Shown here piece by piece: positions 25,001-37,000 of a stretch of DNA of 64,000 bases (within the stretch, counting starts at the first letter, position 1; each line of letters opens with the position of its first letter). The notes beneath the pieces are model-generated. The model was not told the DNA's origin. It saw only the letters and a list, made by a program, of their open reading frames with translations, and searched no databases. Where the stretch lies: assembly GCA_950097015.1 (NCBI GenBank), contig CATNEN010000041.1, positions 1,488,001 to 1,552,000 on the forward strand. Reading direction: 5' to 3'. Made by a program: the position numbers and the translations under genes. Origin of the DNA: Macrostomum hystrix. Its lineage: Eukaryota; Animalia; Platyhelminthes.

Positions 25001-28000
25001 ACTTTAATCATAAAATCTTCCTTTTTCCTAAGAACCGATTAAAGAACCCGAAATCCTAGAATCCTACAACCAAAATGTTACGATCCTTGAACCACACTAA
25101 CTGCAGTTCACGAAACGAGCAAGACGTTCAGCATGTCCTGTTCAGCACGTTCAGCATGCTCGTCGCCCATGAGCTGACTGACATCTGAAACGATTTGATT
25201 GGCAGATGTCGTCATCGAGGAAATAGGCAAGGCGTGCGACTCCGCCTCATCCGCCTCGCCTTCAGTGATAACATGGAGTACCACTGAAGCTGAGGAGCTT
25301 GCTGCCGATGTTGATGTCGTCTTCGCAGCTACCTTCGCGCTGCGCTTGCGTATCGGCTTTTTATTGCCCACAGCTGCCGCAGCACGCCGTCCACTGCTTG
25401 CTACTGTCGTACTGACCGATTGTCCGGCGCGCTTCCGAGCCGTCTCAGTGCACCTGGAATGAATAGTTAAAACCTAGCTGCACCTTAGCGCTAAGGTAAG
25501 GTGCTAAGCGCTGCTTCTATAGCTTTATACGAGTATTAAAGAGCGGAGCGGAGCGCCTTTAATATAAAGCTATAGAAGCAGCATTTATATATTTATCTTC
25601 GCACCTGTTGAACGACTCGCGCGGACGGTAGTCAACGCCTTCAGCTGACAGCCACAGTTCCGCGGTGGCAATCTTCGCCGGATTGGCTGCCAGGCAGACA
25701 TGGCCCCGTGACTTGCGACCGGAGATGGAGCTGTTAGTAAACTCCGCGTCGCTAAACAGGCATCGAAGAAGGCTGCGTATCACTGTCAGACGTGCAGTGC
25801 TGCGCATCTCCATGTGCTCCTCCGTTTGGACCAACTCGGCACTCGTCTTGGCGACAACATCCTTCCAATTCTGCAAGGTCGTCTGCAGCTCCATTTTTCT
25901 TTTTGGTTTGACAAGGACGTACGGCTGCTTTTCCGACAGAGGCACTTTCAAAGAGGAGTCGGAAGACGACGCTTCACCCGCTGCGGAGCTTTTCGCACAC
26001 ACATTGAGCAATGCACGTGTCTGTGCAGCTGACAAGCACGTGTCGACTTGTACTGCAAAGTCTGCCTCGCTCTCCTGACGCTGCTCGGCGTGGACGGCTT
26101 CTTCCTCTGAATGTTCGTCGGACAGGACGACTGTCGCTGCCGACACGTTGCCACAGAGCATGGTCGAGGCTTGCGTAATTAAGGCGTTGCACTGCGTCGC
26201 TCTGTGCTCCAGTGCGGCAGCGCGCCGCTGCTCTGCTTGGAGTTCGCGGAGAAGTGACGATTCCATCTTCGTCAGTACTTTATTTCACTCCTTTAGGGCG
26301 TCCAGTTGGCTGTTGAAAGTCTGCTCCAATGACGCCTTCTTGCGGAGTTCAGTACCTGTGCAATACAATTGTGAAAAAGCGCATTCGCATTATTACCGAG
26401 GCAATATGTAACATCTTTGCGATAACGATTTATGCGAGTATACTGGTACGATTCTCACGCAGTGTTTCTACTAGGCTCGAGCTCCGCTGAAGCTCTATGA
26501 GAAGGCTGTGGCATGAGGCGCACGCTCTAGGCAGGTCAACTGGTGTGGCATGAACGTTTGTCATGGCCGCCTCGCCGGTAGCCTCGGCCATTCCTCTGGA
26601 ATGGCCCCTTGATTAAGGTGCCAAACCAGCGCTTAGCCTTCTGGCGATTTGTTTTTGCGGTTACGATCAGGACCTCTTCGCCAATCGCGATTTGCCCAAT
26701 CACTCCACGTCGACGAGACACAATGAGCGGCGCAGTACTACTTGATCTGAAGACAACCTCTGTACGCATGTAAAAGTGTTTGTATTGAAACACAAAAGAC
26801 GCTCTTTGTCCTCCATTTTGTAGCCCTGCATTTCACCAATTTCCTGATCGTCACCAGCGTTTTCAGCCTCGAGCGACACTGCAATTTCAGTCGGGGCTGC
26901 AGCAGTTGAAGGCGCCGAGACAGCCGTTGGAAGCGCCCATATAGCAGCTAGCGGCGCCAAGACAGCAGCAGGAGGCGCCGAGACAACAGTTGGAGGCACC
27001 GAGACAACAGTTGGAGGCGCCGAGACAGCAGTTGGAGGCACCGAGACAGCAGTTGGAGGCGCCGAGACAGCAGCAGGAGGCGCCGAGACAACAGTTGGAG
27101 GCGCCGAGACAACAGTTGGAGGCGCCGAGACAGCAGTTGGAGGCGCCGAGACAGCAGTTGGAGGCGCCGAGACAACAGTTGGTGGCGCCGAGACAGCAGT
27201 TGGAGGCGCCGAGACAGCAGTTGGATTCAAACTGTTTCGAACCTCGAGGCGCTGCAACCGAGTCGCAGGAATGCGACTTACTTTTCTTGGATGGCTTCTT
27301 GCTGTGTGGTTTAGCAGGCTGCTGACAATGGTTGGAAGCCTTGCGCTTTCTTTTTTCTGTAGACGATTCCGACGTAGTTGTCTTCACGGATGCCTTGCCA
27401 GAAGCTTTGGATGTCATTGCGCTGCACGGGCTGCAAATGAAGGTGTTTCGAGGAATCCTATATGTGATTAGCAAAATACTTTCTAAGTAGCTCATACTAT
27501 TCATCATTTAGCCACTAAGAAATGAAGCAAATAAAAAGAGGAACGGAAAGTGCAGAAAGTGGAAGCTTGAGGAATTATATTTTATTATTCGCCGATCAAT
27601 GACATTGTTCATTGGTTATACCGCCAGTACCTGGACAAATATATAGAAGCTGTGGAAATGTGTTAGCCGTAATATTATGCGTATGTTTTTCATAATACAA
27701 TTTATTTACTTAATTGAAAGTATACACATCATTCCTACTTCGCAATTCTCCAGCTCCTAACTTCTATTTAAAGTACCGTTTAATGTACTGTACTCTAAGC
27801 TCGAAAATATTTATTTACTCTGGCAACTGGGGCTGGCTCGATATTTTTCTGCTTTAACCGATTTCAATGCTGATCCGCGATCGATGGGGACGGGGGGGAA
27901 ATTAGTTATCACTAATTTTCAGGATTTGCAGAATCCCATTTTCAGGTACATATATTCTGGATATAATTGTGAGGAGAAACAGGCTTCATCGAATATATTG

Positions 28001-31000
28001 TTCCCTCAGTTTCCTCCGCGGCTGCGGCAAGAAGACCATTCATTCCATCTTCCGACCAGTGCCGGCCCTCTACGTAAGCGCGGTACGAGCAGACATTCAC
28101 AGTCTTGTTGAAGACAGGTGATGGCGAGCGGCTATTGGAGTCAGCGTCGGGGTCGAAGTTAGCAAACAGAGAACTGCCTGCACAGCACACAGAGACTGAC
28201 TCGCCTTGACTGCGAAGATCGAAAGTCTTGAGCTCATCCATTGCTTCGCGGTATTCCTACAGATGGTATAAATAAAGACATGCTGAAGTTAACAGTCCCG
28301 ATTTTCTCTACTAAGTAACCCTCCCACCAATGCGTGCATAAATTCTTACCTGCACGGCAACTTCTGCGCGCTGTAGCGCCCGAACACATTTCTCGTGCAG
28401 TCGAGCATAAGCATGACCATGTGACAATAGCAAGTATGTTTGGAAGCATATGCTGCAAGACGTAGGAGCATAAATAATGCATGCAGACAGGTGCCTAAGC
28501 AAAACAAGTCTGCGGATGCGGCATCAAGGCAATATGCGTGTCCGTCAAAACACATGCGCCGAGAATGTCGGTCACAGGGACCTGAAATTCGTCACCTAGG
28601 TTTTCAAATGGATCGGCTGCCGGATGTGAGCGAAGGAGCAACCGCGATTCGGCGAAGTCGCGGGAACAGCAGCCAGCGCTTCCAACGGATTCCAGTCCGA
28701 ATGAAGGACAGGCAAACTAGCAAGTCCGACGATGACCTCCTGGCCGACGAGTTGCAGATTTTGAACGCGGGCAAACCTGAACACTGTAGGTTGACAGCCC
28801 ACAACAGCAACAAACGCAGATGGAATTCGGCGCTGATCCACGTGCCCTGCCTGATCTGCACCCGTCAGTTTAAAGACTTCAAAAGTCCAACCAGATGGCA
28901 AGGTGACACTGCGCCAGCCGTTCACCATACTAGCGGGACGCAGGAGCAGAATGCCATTTATGACAGTGGATTCTGTACGGCGCATGGCAACCGGCTGTGG
29001 GGCCTCGTTGACCCGAAGTCGCGCTCCCGATTGAATTGTAGCGAAGCACCGCTCCACTGTACCGACCAGTTCCACATCCGTTCGGCGTGAGCCGTGAAGA
29101 AGTCTCCGAAGCTTGGTATGCATGGACTAAAAAAGGCATGCATACCATACATGGAGCTAGCTAGCGTTTGGATCTGTCGTCGGATGTTGAATGTCCAAAA
29201 GTTATTCACCTTATTTGAATTACAGTGTTCACAAAGCGAATCATTTGGATCGCACCGACCACGGCTGCTACGGTAACAGTTATTGCATACCGTGTGACTC
29301 GAGGCAGTGCCCAAAATCGACTGTGACGATCTGGATGCATTCAGAAGCGCTTTCTCAGTCCGTGGGAGAATATTGTTCGGCACAAGACGGCGCAGCATTG
29401 CCAAAATTCGGGTAGTGCCGCCCCGTGGAAGGCGCAGATCCCTGGCACAGAGATGGATTTCGACCATTGCTTCGCCGAACGAGACAGGCAACGCTTCATG
29501 CCATCTCTGCTGCAGTACTTCGTCTTGCAGTACGATCGTCGTCACCCTCATTATCGTCATCATTGTCGGCGGCGTCCTCACCGGACGACTGCAAACTGGT
29601 GGCGCCCTCGTCAGATGACTGAGCAGCGGCATCCTCGTCAGATAATTGATTGGCTGCATCCTCGTCAGATGATTGAGCAGCGGCATCCTCGTCAGATGAT
29701 TGACTGGCCGCATCCTCGTCAGATGATTGACTTGCGGTGCCCTCGTCAGCTGACTGAGCAGCGGCGTCCTCGCCAAATTGACTGGATGAAGCGCTGCCAG
29801 TGGGACCTAATGTGACACAGTTGGGGGCAACAATGCATCATAAAGAGTCGTCTTGTGGTGGAAGCAAAATAGACCGGCTAACGCGATAATGTTATATAAC
29901 GAAGATTGCGAAATCTGGCTTGCAAGTCTCGTAATACCCGACACGCTTAGCAAATAAAAGAAAGCCACAAAACGTTAAAAGTCCCACCTGGACATGACGT
30001 TCCGGCAGAACCATGTTTGCCATTAGCAGCCGCATTACTGTTGGCGTCATTGCCCTCAACCGGTGGTACGCAAGCAACAGAAAAACCCGATTGTTCGCCT
30101 GATGGCCCAACTCGGAGCGGAGAACGTGAGTGGGATCGTCGCCGAGCGCGGTCTTGAATCTTCCGGCGTACGCGATAGCGCTTCATGAACAGTGCACGAC
30201 GAAACTTAGCGTCATCTTCGTCATTCTCCATTGTTTATGCTGTAAGATTGAGTGACACACGAAGCTGAATTCACCTAGCTTACTGATACTAAGCTACACT
30301 ATACTAATACTATACTATGCTAGGCTCAGCTATACTATAATACTATTCTAAGCTATACTATACTATAATTAATACTACCAATAATAACTACCCATTAATA
30401 ATTATTACTTACTAATATTAAATGCCGGCACCTATGTAAATACTGATTTTAAGATTAGTAAAGGCTGTTGAAATAAGGATCGGAAGGTCAAGGCTGCAAC
30501 TTGCATAGCAGAATTGGTTCAGTTATTATTTAACAATAGTGTCAAAAGTGAGCACAAAATGGTACAGTTGAAGTAATTGCAATAACGAAGCGTTTTAAAA
30601 AACGTGGCTTAAGCCAACGCTGAATGCAGTACCGAACGCAAACAAGAGCGAAAGAATTTATACAGTTCACAAAGTATCGGCCTGCACGCATTTTTCTGAA
30701 ATTGGAGCGGACAAACAGTCGGATAAAAAACCGGACGACAGATCGGACAAATTTTTCCCTCATCCGAAATTCATCCGCTTTCTCGTCAACTTTCTCGTCC
30801 GCTTTTGGCCTGGAATGGAAGCGGACGAGAAATCAAATGAAATTCGGACGAAACATCAAAAAGAAGCGGATGATTCGCCCGATATTTGGTCCGCAGCTTC
30901 GCACGACGTCGAAATCGGACGAAAACCGGGTGAATTTCGTCCGCTTCTGAATTTCGTACGGAAATCGGTCAAAAATCGGATGGGAATCGGACAAATAAGT

Positions 31001-34000
31001 GGACCAAAGTCCAGGTGGGCCTTGAAGGTCCAGCAGTCCGTCTAGAAAAAGCTAGGTGACCACCGAAGACGCGGATGATGCAGGCACGCTCGGGTGACAT
31101 GCTGATAAATTTTGAAGGCCTAGCAAGGCCGCACTGAGGCACAGTGCTAATCTGTGTATAAGGGGAAGCGAAATACACTAGCTCTTACGGGAAAAGTCTG
31201 ACTTCGGCCAGAACCTGTTGAATATCTCGACGGTCTGTAGGGCTGGCGACTTGGTTCTTGTTTCAGAAGATGCGCAACAAAAAGTTGGCGCGTGTTCTTG
31301 AGTTTCGTGCGCTTGCATTGCTCCGTTCGGGTGCAGCAAAAATGATTGTCTGGGGGGAACTCCGTCTTCTGTTGTCCTGATAGTTCTACTGCTAATGCTG
31401 CTTGTGGTGCTGGGTGTAGTGCAGCAAATGGGTAATTCCAGTAAGGTGTTAACTCTGTTGGTTTCTCCCACTCCCTAATCGCACAGGTGAAGGCTACCAC
31501 GGAGCCAAAGTTCATCCGCCTGTTCCTAGTGTCCATTGTGTCCTGCCTGGAGCTGATGAATCGCTCGCCGGACCTGTGGTGCGAGTGGATCGACAAGGCG
31601 CTGTTCGCAGACTCGTTCTACCCGCTGCCTAACGACACTGTGGAGGCCTGCGACATGGTGGCCAAGTGCGAGCTAGCCGACCAAGTCAATGAGCTGCTGC
31701 AGCTGCTTTTCGGCGTGTTCAGCAACATCCAGGACCGCTGGATGAAGTGGCACGACCTCAAGCTGATGGAGTCCAAGGTCATCCTGCAGAGCCTGACGGT
31801 GCTGGAGCAGCACATGCTGGCGATGTTCAGCCAACCGCTGCAGCTCAGCGTTGTTGAAGGCTTTCTGAACTGTTTGTTCGCCTTCCTGCGCCAGCCGCAC
31901 CTCATCTATGAGTCCTTCCCCTCTGACAAGCGCGACCGGCACGTCAGCCTGATGGGCGAGGACCCCCGCCTCGCCGCATTCGAGCTTGTCAAGCGGGCCT
32001 GGGCCCGGCTGTCTCCCGAAGACCAGCTGAAGCTGGTGCCGCCTCTGGTCCATCTGCTGGTGGAGGTGAGGCCTTTGCTACGGCTTTTTCTATACATATC
32101 GGCTAGTTGCTAATCTGCACCAAACCCCACCTGACCCAGCTCAGTATTTGATTCTGTATTACGATATCATTTGCTCTGGTAAGTTCTGGATTAGCAACCG
32201 CGCATCAACCCCCCTCCACCGCCCGCAGGTGTCGCTGCAGCCGGAGCAGCGTCTCCGCGAGGAGTGCACCCGCATGCTGGTGGAGCTGCTGCGCTGCGAG
32301 TTCTCCCAGCAGAAGAGCTTTCGCTGCGTGAGCAAGGAGATCACCTTCATCATGGACAAGCTGGTGGAGAAGCACGGCAACAAGGAGTACGTGGAGCAGT
32401 TCTGCGACTACTTCCAAAAAGCCCTGTCCAGCCTGGTCAAGAGCAAGGAGAGCTACAAAATTGACAAGGCCTTCGTCTTTCTGAGCGAAATGAAGCGCCA
32501 GATGAACTTGCTGCTGGAGTACCAGACCCTCATCGCCGACGAGCTGCCCGAGAACCGCATGTTCGCCATCTACAACCTGTACAAGTTCTACAAGGACATC
32601 GACAAGGAGGAGATGTGCAACCGCTACCTGTACAAGCTTTGCCAGCTGCATGAGACGGCGGGCAACTGGGCTGAAGCCGGCTGTGTGCTGCTGCTGCAGG
32701 CCAAGTACCTGGAGTGGGGTGCCGACGCTCAGCTCAGCATCAGCAAAGACGCGCTGCAGAAGAAGTACCAGAACTGCCGCAGCCAAGGCGAGCTCAAGGT
32801 GTGGCTGCTTTTGGTGCTGTCAATCTCAATCCTTTCGAACTCTAGAATCCCCATCTCAAACCTTTCGAACTCTAGAATCCCCATCTCAATCCTTCCCAAC
32901 TCTAGAATCCCCAATTCAATCCTTCCCAACTCTAGAATCCTCAAAATAAATCATTCCTAACTCTAGAATCCCCAAACTAAATCATTCCCAACTCTAGAAT
33001 CCCCATCTCAATCCTTCCCAACTCTAGAATCCCCATCTCAATCCTTCCCAACTCTAGAATCCCCATCTCAATCCTTCCCAACTCTAGAATCCCCATCTCA
33101 ATCCTTCCCAACTCTAGAATCCCCATCTCAATCCTTCCCAACTCTAGAATCCTCAAAATAAATCATTCCCAACTCTAGAATCCCCAAACTAAATCATTCC
33201 CAACTCTAGAATCCCCATCTCAATCCTTCCCAACTCTAGAATCCTCAAAATAAATCATTCCCAACTCTAGAATCCCCAAACTAAATCATTCCCAACTCTA
33301 GAATCCCCATCTCAATCCTTCCCAACTCTAGAATCCCCATCTCAATCCTTTCCAACTCTAGAATCCCCATCTCAATCCTTCCCAACTCTAGAATCCCCAT
33401 CTCAATCCTTCCCAACTCTAGAATCCCCAAACTAAATCCTTCCCAACTCTAGAATCCCCATCTCAATCCTTCCCAACTCTAGAATCCCCATCTCAATCCT
33501 TTCCAACTCTAGAATCCCCATCTCAATCCTTCCCAACTCTAGAATCCCCAAACTAAATCCTTCCCAACTCTAGAATCCTCATCTCAATCCTTCCCAACTC
33601 TAGAATCCCCATCTCAATCCTTTCCAACTCTAGAATCCCCATCTCAATCCTTCCCAACTCTAGAATCCCCATCTCAATCCTTCCCAACTCTAGAATCCTC
33701 ATCTCAATCCTTCCCAGCTCTAGACTCCTCATCTCAATCCTTCCCAACTCTAGACTCCCCATCTCAATCCTTCCCAACTCTAGAATCCCCATCTCAATCC
33801 TTCCCAACTCTAGAATCCTCATCTCAATCCTTCCCAGCTCTAGACTCCTCATCTCAATCCTTCCCAACTCTAGACTCCCCATCTCAATCCTTCCCAACTC
33901 TAGAATCCCCATCTCAATCCTTCCCAACTCTAGAATCCTCAAAATAAATCATTCCCAACTCTAGAATCCCCAAACTAAATCATTCCCAACTCTAGAATCC

Positions 34001-37000
34001 CCATCTCAATCCTTCCCAACTCTAGAATCCTCAAAATAAATCATTCCAAACTCTAGAATCCCCAAAATAAATCATTCCAAACTCTAGAATCCCCAAACTA
34101 AATCATTCCCAACTCTAGAATCCCCATCTCAATCCTTTCCAACTCTAGAATCCCCATCTCAATCCTTCCCAACTCTAGAATCCTCATCTCAATCCTTCCC
34201 AGCTCTAGACTCCTCATCTCAATCCTTCCCAACTCTAGACTCCCCATCTCAATCCTTCCCAACTCTAGAATCCCCATCTCAATCCTTCCCAACTCTAGAA
34301 TCCTCATCTCAATCCTTCCCAGCTCTAGACTCCTCATCTCAATCCTTCCCAACTCTAGACTCCCCATCTCAATCCTTCCCAACTCTAGAATCCCCATCTC
34401 AATCCTTCCCAACTCTAGAATCCTCATCTCAATCCTTCCCAGCTCTAGACTCCCCATCTCAATCCTTCCCAACTCTAGAATCCCCATCTCAATCCTTCCC
34501 AACTCTAGAATCCTCATCTCAATCCTTCCCAACTCTAGACTCCCCATCTCAATCCTTCCCAACTCTAGAATCCCCATCTCAATCCTTCCCAACTCTAGAA
34601 TCCTCATCTCAATCCTTCCCAACTCTAGAATCCCCATCTCAATCCTTCCCAACTCTAGAATCCTCAAAATAAATCATTCCCAACTCTAGAATCCCCAAAC
34701 TAAATCATTCCCAACTCTAGAATCCCCATCTCAATCCTTCCCAACTCTAGAATCCTCAAAATAAATCATTCCAAACTCTAGAATCCCCAAACTAAATCAT
34801 TCCCAACTCTAGAATCCCCATCTCAATCCTTTCCAACTCTAGAATCCCCATCTCAATCCTTCCCAACTCTAGAATCCCCATCTCAATCCTTCCCAACTCT
34901 AGAATCCTCATCTCAATCCTTCCCAGCTCTAGACTCCTCATCTCAATCCTTCCCAACTCTAGACTCCCCATCTCAATCCTTCCCAACTCTAGAATCCCCA
35001 TCTCAATCCTTCCCAACTCTAGACTCCTCATCTCAATCCTTCCCAACTCTAGACTCCCCATCTCAATCCTTCCCAACTCTAGAATCCCCATCTCAATCCT
35101 TCCCAACTCTAGAATCCTCATCTCAATCCTTCCCAGCTCTAGACTCCTCATCTCAATCCTTCCCAACTCTAGACTCCCCATCTCAATCCTTCCCAACTCT
35201 AGAATCCCCATCTCAATCCTTCCCAACTCTAGAATCCCCATCTCAATCCTTTCCAACTCTAGAATCCCCATCTCAATCCTTCCCAACTCTAGAATCCTCA
35301 TCTCAATCCTTCCCAACTCTAGAATCCTCATCTCAATCCTTCCCAACTCTAGAATCCCCATCTCAATCCTTCCCAACTCTAGAATCCTCATCTCAATCCT
35401 TCCCAACTCTAGACTCCTCATCTCAATCCTTCCCAACTCTAGAATCCCTATCTCAATCCTTCCCAACTCTAGAATCCCCATCTCAATCCTTCCCAACTCT
35501 AGAATCCTCATCTCAATCCTTCCCAACTCTAGACTCCTCATCTCAATCCTTCCCAACTCTAGAATCCCTATCTCAATCCTTCCCAACTCTAGAATCCCCA
35601 TCTCAATCCTTCCCAACTCTAGAATCCTCATCTCAATCCTTTCCAACTCTAGAATCCTCATCTCAATCCTTCCCAACTCTAGAATCCCCATCTCAATCCT
35701 TCCCAACTCTAGAATCCCCATCTCAATCCTTCCCAACTCTAGAATCCTCATCTCAATCCTTCCCAGCTCTAGACTCCTCATCTCAATCCTTCCCAACTCT
35801 AGACTCCCCATCTCAATCCTTCCCAACTCTAGAATCCCCATCTCAATCCTTCCCAACTCTAGAATCCCCATCTCAATCCTTTCCAACTCTAGAATCCCTA
35901 TCTCAATCCTTCCCAACTCTAGAATCCTCATCTCAATCCTTCCCAACTCTAGACTCCTCATCTCAATCCTTCCCAACTCTAGAATCCTCATCTCAATCCT
36001 TCCCAACTCTAGACTCCTCATCTCAATCCTTCCCAACTCTAGAATCCCCATCTCAATCCTTCCCAACTCTAGAATCCCTATCTCAATCCTTCCCAACTCT
36101 AGAATCCCCATCTCAATCCTTCCCAACTCTAGAATCCCCATCTCAATCCTTCCCAACTCTAGAATCCTCATCTCAATCCTTCCCAACTCTAGACTCCTCA
36201 TCTCAATCCTTCCCAACTCTAGAATCCCCATCTCAATCCTTCCCAACTCTAGAATCCCTATCTCAATCCTTCCCAACTCTAGAATCCCCATCTCAATCCT
36301 TCCCAACTCTAGAATCCTCATCTCAATCCTTCCCAACTCTAGACTCCTCATCTCAATCCTTCCCAACTCTAGAATCCCTATCTCAATCCTTCCCAACTCT
36401 AGAATCCCCATCTCAATCCTTCCCAACTCTAGAATCCTCATCTCAATCCTTTCCAACTCTAGAATCCCCATCTCAATCCTTCCCAACTCTAGAATCCTCA
36501 TCTCAATCCTTCCCAACTCTAGAATCCTCATCTCAATCCTTTCCAACTCTAGAATCCCCATCTCAATCCTTCCCAACTCTAGAATCCTCATCTCAATCCT
36601 TCCCAACTCTAGAATCCCATCTCAATCCTTTCCAACTCTAGACTCCCCATCTCAATCCTTCCCAACTCTAGAATCCCATCTCAATCCTTTCCAACTCTAG
36701 AATCCTCATCTCAATCCTTCCCAACTCTAGAATCCCCATCTCAATCCTTCCCAACTCTAGAATCCTCATCTCAATCCTTCCCAACTCTAGAATCCCCATC
36801 TCAATCCTTTCCAACTCTAGAATCCTCATCTCAATCCTTCCCAACTCTAGAATCCCAATCGTAAGCCTTCCCAATTTTAAATCACAAAAATTTCTTCGAC
36901 TTTATTACTTAGTGTTAAAGTCTCCTAACCAGGAATTCCAGTTAATTTCGTGCCCTGAATTTATAATGCCAACAGCTGAATTCCCTTCTCACACGGCTTC

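Larger units (their letters stand above)
22638..31019 (-). mobile_element. CMC/EnSpm (CACTA-like) DNA transposon, 8382 bp, non-autonomous
   Basis: 19-bp TIRs CCC(G/A)CCTGGACTTTGGTCC at 22638-22656 and 31001-31019 (1 mismatch). Dense subterminal CGGACGA/TCGTCCG motifs at both ends. Minus-strand transposase-like and BEN-domain genes inside. The TSD is not cleanly resolved (TC versus CC flanks). Confidence 0.8.

Noticed and set aside
24890-25015. GC-rich, palindrome-containing segment resembling an HDV-like ribozyme
   Set aside because: The nested double-pseudoknot pairings could not be built on either strand; a covariance-model search (Infernal/Rfam) would be needed to revive it.
31020-31345. 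Possible recoded ORF (shared TGA/TAA) in the dispersed repeat relative to its copy at 61677-62000
   Set aside because: Differences between the two copies fall about equally on all three codon positions when tallied by hand, so there is no sign of coding constraint.
34792-36606. 604-aa ORF and the other long repeat ORFs (for example 1154-2083, 3688-5639, 7064-8156, 17448-18179, 40018-40614)
   Set aside because: They are translations of stop-free minisatellite units lying in introns or intergenic DNA, with no start or terminal context.
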